Below, one piece after another: positions 56,634 through 64,000 of a DNA stretch of 64,000 nucleotides (the stretch's first letter is position 1; the number at the start of each line of letters is the position of its first letter). The notes beneath the pieces were generated by a model that saw only the letters and a program-made list of their open reading frames with translations, was not told the origin of the DNA and did not search any database. This stretch comes from a virus. Lineage: Duplodnaviria; Caudoviricetes. The DNA lies in the IMG/VR virus record IMGVR_UViG_3300045972_000152, positions 1,134 to 65,133 of that record. One strand, 5' to 3'. The position numbers were made by a program, and so were the translations under genes.

Positions 56634-57503
56634 ATGCACAACTGGTCGAATGATGTTGTTCAATGGAAGATGAACGGCATAACTCACTTGTCCGTTCCCT
56701 TCACATGGTTCGTCAAAAAAGCTATCGCTCTCGCCAACAAAGAAAAGGGTAAGGTTATAATCGGCGGCCCCGGTGCAATGCTCATGCAGGAAATGATTGA
56801 GAGTCGTACTGGGAAAAACGTGCAGTATCGTTCTTCACTGGAAGGCATCGAACCAGTCACACTCCACAACCCATTTGCAACCTTCACAACTCGCGGCTGC
56901 ATTTCTAAATGCAAGTTCTGTGCGGTGCCTGTTATCGAAGGTACGTTCAGGGAAGTATCGGATTTTGTCCCCCGCCCCATTGTCTGCGATAACAACTTTC
57001 TCGCAGCGTCTAAAGTGCATTTCAACAAGGCTGTCGATAAGCTTAAGATCATGCCTTGCGTGGACTTCAACCAAGGGCTTGACGCTACCATTTTCACGCC
57101 CGAAAAAGCCGACAGGCTGGCCGAACTCAAAATCCCTGTACTCAGGTTCTCCTTTGACGGCTTGCAGAAAGAAGCCGCCGTTATGGACGCGATTAAGCTG
57201 GCTCGCTCCAAGGGCTTCCGGCAGATATCCATTTATGTTCTGTACGGTTTCAAGTACAGTATTGATGACTCTGTTTACATGGCACAGCTTATGCGTGACG
57301 CCAAGGTACGTGTCTATCCAATGCGCTATCAACCGCTTGACTCGCTGGCACGCAATGCCTACGTTGATACTGCTAACGGCTGGACCGCTAATCTCCTGAG
57401 TGCCTTTCAGAGGTGCTTCTTCTGCACCAACACCCCGTTCCATGAATTCAACAATCAGGTTGCTTACATGGATGACACTGAGGGTTTCTTCGAAGAAATC
57501 TAG
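56634..57503 (+). CDS. radical SAM protein
   Basis: TTRGCISKCKFC (CxxxCxxC), DNNFLA, DFNQGLDA, RFSFD, YVLYGF, YPMRYQP. Confidence 0.9.
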   Translation: MHNWSNDVVQWKMNGITHLSVPFTWFVKKAIALANKEKGKVIIGGPGAMLMQEMIESRTGKNVQYRSSLEGIEPVTLHNPFATFTTRGCISKCKFCAVPVIEGTFREVSDFVPRPIVCDNNFLAASKVHFNKAVDKLKIMPCVDFNQGLDATIFTPEKADRLAELKIPVLRFSFDGLQKEAAVMDAIKLARSKGFRQISIYVLYGFKYSIDDSVYMAQLMRDAKVRVYPMRYQPLDSLARNAYVDTANGWTANLLSAFQRCFFCTNTPFHEFNNQVAYMDDTEGFFEEI

Positions 57504-57511
57504 GAGGGATT

Positions 57512-57742
57512 GTGCAAGAGAAGATATTTGAATCGGAGAAGCACGGAACCATCAAAGTTAGATTGGATGGTGGCGTTTTGAAGTTCCTCTTTCATTGCTA
57601 CCCCGGCGCTCCACTCTCAGCTATGACTTTCAAGAGCCGAGAAATGAATACCGAGGAGATAGTACAAAAGGCTTTCGACAAACAGACAGCCGAAAGTGCA
57701 GCCAATATCGTTACAATCGCCAAGAGTAAGTTGGCTAACTAA
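57512..57742 (+). CDS. hypothetical protein
   Basis: SD AGGAGG. Confidence 0.55.
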   Translation: MQEKIFESEKHGTIKVRLDGGVLKFLFHCYPGAPLSAMTFKSREMNTEEIVQKAFDKQTAESAANIVTIAKSKLAN

Positions 57743-57756
57743 ACAGGAGGTTATCA

Positions 57757-58773
57757 ATGAAGGTAAACAGGAAGGGGTTGCTTGCAGCCCTGAAGCTCGT
57801 AGAACCGGGGCTTGCCAAGGATTCCAAGATGGAGCAAGACGGTTGCTTTGTCTTCACTGAGGACGGCAGGGTGTGTACGTTTAACAACAACGTATCCATA
57901 TCCTACCCGATAGCTGTCGGCATCGTGGGGGCCGTTCCCTCTAAGGGCCTTCTGGGCATGTGCGAGAAGACCAAAGCCGAGGAAGTAGAGCTTACCATTA
58001 TCAACGGCGATGGGGGAAGCAAGGAAGTCATGTTCGTAGGCTCCAAGGCAAAAGCGGGGTTGCGAATGGAGGCTAAAATACTGCTTCCCTTAGACATGGT
58101 AGGCTTTCCTGAGGTGTGGGAACCCCTCCCCGAAAACTTCAACGCTGCGCTCAAATTTAGCCTCTTTTCGGCGGGAAAGGATCAGAACAAAGCGGCCTTC
58201 ACCGGCATCCACGTCATGAGCGATTGCCTTGAGTCCTGCGATAACAACAGGGCTACCCGTTACTACTTTGTGGAAGGTGCTCCGATGGTGGAAATGTTGA
58301 TCCCCGCCGCGCACGCCAAGGAGCTTATCGGGTACAAGTGTGATGAGTTTGCCGTCACCCCCGGCTGGCTCCATTTCCGCAATCCCGATGACGTAACTTT
58401 CTCCTGCCGCTACCTTGAGGAGGAGTACCCGGACCTCGATAAGTTCCTTGAGTGCGTAGGGGAAGAAACCACCTTCCCCGAAGGAATGAGCGAGATTCTG
58501 GACCGCGCTGAGGTACTATCAGACGGCGACAAGGTGAACGTCTACCTTGAGAGCAAGCGGATGATAATCTCCACCGAAGGCTCCCACGGTTGGTTCGAAG
58601 AAGAGGACAAGGTGACCTACGGCGGGAAGCCGGTTGAATTCGATATCGCACCCAACTTCCTCGCCGCCATGCTCAAGCTCAACTCTACAATCGTAATCGG
58701 CCCCGGAAGGCTCCTGTTTGACGCTCAGGAGTTTATCCATATCGTCAAGACTTACGTTCCCAAAAAGAGGTAA
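57757..58773 (+). CDS. DNA sliding clamp (Pol III beta-like)
   Basis: 338 aa; MKVNRKGLL.AL, ESCDN.R, YP.L.K.L, FDIAPNFL patterns. Confidence 0.75.
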   Translation: MKVNRKGLLAALKLVEPGLAKDSKMEQDGCFVFTEDGRVCTFNNNVSISYPIAVGIVGAVPSKGLLGMCEKTKAEEVELTIINGDGGSKEVMFVGSKAKAGLRMEAKILLPLDMVGFPEVWEPLPENFNAALKFSLFSAGKDQNKAAFTGIHVMSDCLESCDNNRATRYYFVEGAPMVEMLIPAAHAKELIGYKCDEFAVTPGWLHFRNPDDVTFSCRYLEEEYPDLDKFLECVGEETTFPEGMSEILDRAEVLSDGDKVNVYLESKRMIISTEGSHGWFEEEDKVTYGGKPVEFDIAPNFLAAMLKLNSTIVIGPGRLLFDAQEFIHIVKTYVPKKR

Positions 58774-58778
58774 TCATC

Positions 58779-59030
58779 ATGGTCCTTTTCAGATTCGTCA
58801 CAGCGATGTACAAGTTCATACGCAGCGGTTGCCTCAAGGTTTCCCCCAAGGCTCGCCAGATCAGACTTGATACCTGCAAAGCCTGTCCGAAACTAAAGGG
58901 CCTGAACTGTTCAGTGTGCGGCTGTTTCGTGCACCTCAAGTCATGGTGTGCAACCGAGGAATGCCCCGAAGCAAGGTGGGCAGAAGCATTATATCAGCAG
59001 TCTAACCCTAAAACAGAAGGAGGACGTTGA
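58779..59030 (+). CDS. Cys-rich small protein (DUF6171-like)
   Basis: RL..CKAC...CSVCGCFV..K...CP..RW. Confidence 0.65.
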   Translation: MVLFRFVTAMYKFIRSGCLKVSPKARQIRLDTCKACPKLKGLNCSVCGCFVHLKSWCATEECPEARWAEALYQQSNPKTEGGR

Positions 59031-60197
59031 ATGGAAAAGCAGCGTTACATCTTTGCAGAAGTATTGGAAGATACAGCTCTTGAGCAGTTTGACAGCGCAA
59101 TGACGCAGCCGTTCGTTATGGCGGGTGCGCTCATGCCGGATGCTCATACCGGTTATGCACTCCCCATCGGTGCAGTTATTGCAACTAACAGTGTGCTCGT
59201 TCCGGCGTGGGTAGGTTATGATATCGGTTGCGGGGTATGCGCTGTGCGTACCACCTTCAGCGCCACAGACATCATTTCTAACGGTACCCAAATTTTCGAA
59301 GCTATCTACAGCGCAATCCCGACCGGCAAGGGGGCGCAGAACTCCGAGCCTTCCGAGTGGCCACAGTTCGAACAGATGTGTCTAACGCAGGAATTCAAGC
59401 GCATCTTTCGGGAGCGCAAGGGCCTTCACCAACTCGGCTCTCTGGGAGGCGGTAATCATTTCATCGAAATCGGATACGACAACAAGACCTACGAGGTCTA
59501 CATCATCATCCATTCTGGTTCCCGCGGCATAGGTCATACCGTGGCTACTCATCACATGACTCTCGCCGCCGACATGCACACCGGTATCAAGAAGCCGCTG
59601 GAAGGCCACTACGGATTTGATATCAAAAGCAATGAAGGCGCGGCCTATTTCCTCGACCAAACGGCGTGTGAAGTTTTCGCGCTGGAAAATCGCCGTCAGA
59701 TGATGTACCGGGTTATCACCTGCATCCAGAAGTTTTGTACGGGTAAAGGTCTGTGGACCGACTTTATCAACCGTAACCATAACCATGTAGAAAAGAACGG
59801 CGCAACCGGCTGGTGGATACACCGTAAGGGTGCTACTCAGGCCAACAAGGGTTACGGCGGGGTGATCCCCGGCAACATGCGGGACGGCTCTTTCATCGTT
59901 GAGGGTTTGGGCAACCCTGACTCGCTTTGGTCCTCCTCTCACGGGGCGGGGCGCGTCATGGGGCGCGAAGAAGCCAAGAGGGGCAAGCGGGACAAGGTAA
60001 CCGGTCAACAACTGACCGAACCTCTTTCTATGACCGAATTTGAGCGTTCTATGGGGGGTATTGTGGCGCGGGTCACCCCCGGAACCATAGACGAAAGCCC
60101 CATGGCGTACAAAGATATCCATTCCGTTATGAGGCAGCAATCGAAGCTGGTTGCAATTCGTGCTCATATCATACCGCTCATAAACGTCAAGGGGTAA
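59031..60197 (+). CDS. rtcB: RtcB RNA ligase
   Basis: MPDAH.GY, GYDIGCG, GSLGGGNHFIE, HSGSRG, NHNH, HRKGA, SSHGAGR, DESPMAYK. Confidence 0.95.
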   Translation: MEKQRYIFAEVLEDTALEQFDSAMTQPFVMAGALMPDAHTGYALPIGAVIATNSVLVPAWVGYDIGCGVCAVRTTFSATDIISNGTQIFEAIYSAIPTGKGAQNSEPSEWPQFEQMCLTQEFKRIFRERKGLHQLGSLGGGNHFIEIGYDNKTYEVYIIIHSGSRGIGHTVATHHMTLAADMHTGIKKPLEGHYGFDIKSNEGAAYFLDQTACEVFALENRRQMMYRVITCIQKFCTGKGLWTDFINRNHNHVEKNGATGWWIHRKGATQANKGYGGVIPGNMRDGSFIVEGLGNPDSLWSSSHGAGRVMGREEAKRGKRDKVTGQQLTEPLSMTEFERSMGGIVARVTPGTIDESPMAYKDIHSVMRQQSKLVAIRAHIIPLINVKG

Positions 60198-60201
60198 TGT
60201 C

Positions 60202-60375
60202 ATGGCGAGAAAGGGAACATGCGATGTATGCGATACTCCCAGACAGCGGTTGTGGCATGGCCGTTGTATATCATGCTGCCAGTGGTTCGCAAGCCTCAAG
60301 TGCAACCTCTTTCAGACTTCCCGCCAACTCTACTACAAGTGCCGCGCAAACGGCTTGATTTTCGATGAGGATTAG
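60202..60375 (+). CDS. small Cys-rich protein (57 aa, below ORF track cut-off)
   Basis: MARKGTCDVC...CISCC. Confidence 0.5.
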   Translation: MARKGTCDVCDTPRQRLWHGRCISCCQWFASLKCNLFQTSRQLYYKCRANGLIFDED

Positions 60376-60377
60376 CT

Positions 60378-60572
60378 ATGGCCGGTATTCACAGGCGCGT
60401 AACCACCATGCCCTACTTGGCCGAGCAAATGGAAGCCAAGGGTATCACATACCTCGCCCTTGCTGAACAAGCAGGGGTAACTAAAGGAACTGTTTGGAAA
60501 GCCAAGATGGGTAACACCGTCCTAGTAGGAACTGCATTGATAATCCAACAAACTATTGACACTAGATTTTAA
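60378..60572 (+). CDS. XRE-like HTH protein
   Basis: GITYLALAEQAGVTKGTVWK. Confidence 0.75.
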   Translation: MAGIHRRVTTMPYLAEQMEAKGITYLALAEQAGVTKGTVWKAKMGNTVLVGTALIIQQTIDTRF

Positions 60573-60583
60573 AGGAGATTGAT

Positions 60584-61129
60584 ATGTCCGAAGTCGTGTT
60601 ATACGAAAAGAGGGTTTCGCCTTCCGGTAAGGTTTCCTACGTTCCCCATATCCCGGCCATGAAGGTTGTTGAGGTACCTGAAAAGGTACCGGTCCCCCAG
60701 TGTTCCGAGTTTAGCAACGAGGAGCTTATCACTTGGACCGCTTCCCTTGTCATGATCCAGATTATGATATTGGAACGGCAACTTCCGTCTCACACCCTGA
60801 TCGCTCGCAAAGGGAAGCTGAAGGTGGTTGAGGATGCTCTCCTCGACCTTGTGCGCGGCCTCGGTGCCCCTCTTGACGATGGTTTGGTTAACTACGTGAC
60901 TGATACGTGGAATCTTGCCATGAAGATGATGCAGGAGGGACTTGTTGAGGAGCATGAGAAACACATGCACCAACTTGATGAGACAATGACCTGCAACGCA
61001 ATCAACTGCGATAAGCACCACGGCATTTGCTCTACCTGCAACAACGAAAACTTCACCATCGGGCGGGATAAGTCACCCTGCACCGTATGCTGTTCCGAAG
61101 GCGGGAAATGCCAGTATAATCCGAAGTAA
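60584..61129 (+). CDS. hypothetical protein, Cys-rich C-terminus
   Basis: SD AAAGGAG; CSTC...PCTVC. Confidence 0.6.
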   Translation: MSEVVLYEKRVSPSGKVSYVPHIPAMKVVEVPEKVPVPQCSEFSNEELITWTASLVMIQIMILERQLPSHTLIARKGKLKVVEDALLDLVRGLGAPLDDGLVNYVTDTWNLAMKMMQEGLVEEHEKHMHQLDETMTCNAINCDKHHGICSTCNNENFTIGRDKSPCTVCCSEGGKCQYNPK

Positions 61130-61140
61130 GGAGCGTCCCT

Positions 61141-63207
61141 GTGTCTGATGGTTTCTTCCGAAATTCTGAAATATCGTCATTCAAGAAGCGTGCGCCCTTG
61201 CCCCCGGTCCTGAATGCTCCCCGCCCCAAAGCGAAGGAGAAGAAGGAGAAGAAGTACGAGGGACTTGATGAGTGGCAAGCGGTGATGGATATAGAAGTAT
61301 ATCCCAACTACTTCCTCATAAAGTTCATGCGTATGACCGATGAAAGGGTTTGGGGGTTTGAGCGCACGCAGTACGAGGAACTTGATTATAGGGGGATCAA
61401 CTTCCTCCTCGACTCCTATGAGGTTATAACCTTCAACGGCACCAACTTCGATATTCCGATACTGGAATATGCGATGACCGGTGCAAGTAACAAACAGTTG
61501 TACGACGCCACTCAGGACCTTATCGGAAACGGGCTATCTTCATACAAGTTCAGGGAGAAGCACAGTCTTTCCCGTGACTTTAGCATTGACCATATCGACC
61601 TCTCAGAGGTTGCCCCCGGAGTCAGAATCTCCCTGAAACTCTACGGTGGGCGGCTCCATTGTAAGCGTATGCAGGACTTGCCCTATGACCCGCATAAGTG
61701 GCTTACCGATGATGAAATGGATAAGGTCAACGAATACTGTGACCGCGACCTTGATAAGACCAAACTTCTGTTCCTCGACCTGTTACCTCAGATCAACCTG
61801 CGCCGTACCCTGAGCAAGCGTTACAAGATGGACCTTCGTTCTAAGTCAGATGCTCAGATTGCAGAAGCAGTTATCACCTCCGAACTAACCAAGATGCTCC
61901 CAAGGGGCCAGAAGCTTGAGAAGCGGGAAATTGCTTCGAGTACCTTCCGATACAAGGCCCCGGCCTTTATCAGCTATAACGACCCGACCCTGAAGAAGGC
62001 ATTGCAGATCGTTACCACCGAGCGTTTCCAGATAGAAGCCAACGGAAGAATTTCGATGCCTAAGGAGCTTGAGGAACTTCAGGTGAAGCTGGGTAGCTCA
62101 GTCTACAACATGGGAATGGGAGGCTTACACTCTACCGAGAAGAAAACTTTTCACGTTGCCACGGCTGATATTGCGCTTTGGGATTGGGACGTAACGAGCT
62201 ACTACCCGGAGATTATCCGGCAGCTAAAGCTCTACCCGAAACAACTAGGCCCCAACTTCCTTCCTGTTTATTGCGGTATCATTGATGAGCGTGTAGTCGC
62301 CAAAGTTGAAGCAAAACGGTGTAAGGATAATGGTGACGAAAAGGGAGAGAAGGATAATAAAGTAAAAGCCGACTGTTTCAAGATTATCGTTAACGGGTCA
62401 TTCGGAAAGCTAGGTTCGCCCTACTCCATTCTGTATGCCCCGGAACTGATGATTCAGGTTACCGTTACCGGACAGCTTTCCCTCCTCATGCTTATCGAAA
62501 TGTTAGAGAATAAGGGTATCAACGTCGTGTCTGGAAACACTGACGGAATTGTCATGAAATGCCCGAAGAATAAAGAAGACATGATGAAGAAGATAATCAA
62601 GCACTGGGAGAGCTTGACCGGATTTACCATGGAGAGCGAAAACTACCTTGGCCTGTTCTCGCGTGACGTGAACAACTACATTGCCGTGAAGATGGACGGC
62701 AATGTGAAGCTTAAAGGCACCTATGCTGAATCGGGTATTAACAAGAACCCTGAGCACGACATTTGTACGGACGCCTTGATTGATTACATTCGTTTCGGAA
62801 CCCCGATTGAGGAAACGATAAAGAACTGTAAGGATATCAAAAAGTTCGTCACTGTCCGCACAGTCAACGGTGGTGCTGTTAAGTATTACGATAAGTTCGT
62901 TCCGGTTCATTCCAGTAAGGTTGAGCTTATCCGTATGGCGGGTATGCACCCAGACCGCAAATCACTTGATTGGACCTACAAGCTTGCTGTTGCCGAACTC
63001 ACCAAACACAACCACACGGAGTATTTAGGTAAGGCGGTGCGCTGGTACTACTCTACAATTGAGAACGGACCTATCACTTATCAAGTGAGCGGCAAGCAAG
63101 TTCCGGTGTCGGACGATTGCAAACCAATCATGGACATAACCATACCGTTCCCAGACGATATGGATTATCTGTGGTATATCAATAAGACCAAAGAACTTTT
63201 CGGGTAA
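61141..63207 (+). CDS. family B DNA polymerase
   Basis: exo DIE, FNG..FD, YC..D; pol motifs DVTSYYP, KIIVNGSFGK, NTDGI, KLKG. Confidence 0.93.
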   Translation: MSDGFFRNSEISSFKKRAPLPPVLNAPRPKAKEKKEKKYEGLDEWQAVMDIEVYPNYFLIKFMRMTDERVWGFERTQYEELDYRGINFLLDSYEVITFNGTNFDIPILEYAMTGASNKQLYDATQDLIGNGLSSYKFREKHSLSRDFSIDHIDLSEVAPGVRISLKLYGGRLHCKRMQDLPYDPHKWLTDDEMDKVNEYCDRDLDKTKLLFLDLLPQINLRRTLSKRYKMDLRSKSDAQIAEAVITSELTKMLPRGQKLEKREIASSTFRYKAPAFISYNDPTLKKALQIVTTERFQIEANGRISMPKELEELQVKLGSSVYNMGMGGLHSTEKKTFHVATADIALWDWDVTSYYPEIIRQLKLYPKQLGPNFLPVYCGIIDERVVAKVEAKRCKDNGDEKGEKDNKVKADCFKIIVNGSFGKLGSPYSILYAPELMIQVTVTGQLSLLMLIEMLENKGINVVSGNTDGIVMKCPKNKEDMMKKIIKHWESLTGFTMESENYLGLFSRDVNNYIAVKMDGNVKLKGTYAESGINKNPEHDICTDALIDYIRFGTPIEETIKNCKDIKKFVTVRTVNGGAVKYYDKFVPVHSSKVELIRMAGMHPDRKSLDWTYKLAVAELTKHNHTEYLGKAVRWYYSTIENGPITYQVSGKQVPVSDDCKPIMDITIPFPDDMDYLWYINKTKELFG

Positions 63208-63220
63208 AATAATATGATAA

Positions 63221-63664
63221 ATGATAAGTGCCCCACACACGGGGCGTCATGGATTTTCGGGAAGGCAGGGTATCTTTGCGGATGTGCAATGGGGTTGTGG
63301 CATTTCCAAAAACTCATGCGTAAAGCCGAAGAGGAACTTAAAAGGGAGAACCCACATGGTTATCAATGAATTGAGAACCTACACCACCATGCCTAGTGCC
63401 AGTTACATGACTGCCAGATTGGCGCAAGATGGAACCATTGATAAAGAACATATGAGAATGGTTCAGGAACTCATGCAGCAAGCAATCAGGTTTTGCGAAT
63501 TTACAGTCAGGGAGGATAGAGAGAGTAGGGAAATATTTATCGGTGCCTCACTCAATGTGCTCGCACCCAATATTCCAATAAATATCATCAAACAGCAACT
63601 CGCCATAATGGAAGAGGCAAGGGACAACTACCGACTCCGCAATTCACCCAGCTACAGATTTTAA
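63221..63664 (+). CDS. hypothetical protein
   Basis: true start likely MVINEL (63356) after AAGGGAG. Confidence 0.5.
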   Translation: MISAPHTGRHGFSGRQGIFADVQWGCGISKNSCVKPKRNLKGRTHMVINELRTYTTMPSASYMTARLAQDGTIDKEHMRMVQELMQQAIRFCEFTVREDRESREIFIGASLNVLAPNIPINIIKQQLAIMEEARDNYRLRNSPSYRF

Positions 63665-63677
63665 AGGAGAAGAACTG

Positions 63678-63959
63678 ATGAACAAAACAATCCTGAAGTA
63701 CAGGTTAACAGTCTCAGATGAACAAACTATTTTGATGCCCAAGGGCGCGGACATTCTGTACCTCGCCATTCAGTACGAAGAACCTCGTATCTGGGCAAAG
63801 GTTGATCCCACGGCGGAATCAGTACCACGTCACTTTCATACCTACTCCACCGGGGATATCATCCCTGAAGAAAACGAAAAGGGGGATTGCTTCTTAGGAA
63901 GTTATCAGTTGCGGGGAGGCTCCGAGGTTTACCATGTCTTTGAAAACAGGCCCCACTAA
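63678..63959 (+). CDS. conserved small phage protein
   Basis: TILKY.L, MPKGA.IL, IWA.VDP, TG, FLGSYQ, VYHVFE pattern. Confidence 0.7.
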   Translation: MNKTILKYRLTVSDEQTILMPKGADILYLAIQYEEPRIWAKVDPTAESVPRHFHTYSTGDIIPEENEKGDCFLGSYQLRGGSEVYHVFENRPH

Positions 63960-64000
63960 GCGTTCAATGTCGGCTATCCTTCACCAGAATAAGGTGCGTG

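Noticed and set aside
1-64000. tRNA genes, integrase/att sites, reverse transcriptase/DGR, stop-codon reassignment
   Set aside because: No cloverleaf, recombinase or RT motifs seen; core genes are full length under the standard code and use all three stop codons.

Overview
This 64 kb window is part of a tailed dsDNA phage genome (siphovirus type: 2128-aa tape measure, no sheath). No integrase, tRNA or CRISPR array is visible. Layout: (i) 1-5038, + strand: end of a DNA-metabolism block with a split Rad50/SbcC and an Mre11/SbcD. (ii) 5099-33742, - strand: complete late operon (TerS, TerL, portal, Mu-F-like head protein, prohead protease, scaffold, capsid, head-tail proteins, tail tube, frameshifted chaperones, TMP, tail tip, fibre, lysis). 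(iii) ~33.8-36.4 kb: mostly non-coding switch region with a promoter-driven structured RNA, poly-C tracts, a GATATC cluster, a consensus sigma54 site and a strong sigma70 promoter; possibly near the genome end. (iv) 36462-64000, + strand: early genes (MoxR AAA+/VWA-peptidase module, repeated intergenic hairpins), SNF2 helicase, many small ORFs, primase, DnaC-like loader, DnaB-like helicase, radical SAM, sliding clamp, RtcB and family B DNA polymerase. Top candidates for new biology: (1) a patchwork protein (47663-48391) built from short look-alikes of conserved motifs of this phage's own DNA polymerase, terminase ATPase, terminase nuclease and capsid, a possible immune decoy; (2) the run of six small ORFs around it, which share a V-T-x-R-[LI] motif; (3) a shared M[AS]RTT N-terminal peptide on TerS, TerL, portal, scaffold and two early proteins; (4) a tail fibre and a degenerate subtilase-like protein that both carry Sec signal peptides. 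All assignments come from motif recognition by eye; no database searches were run.
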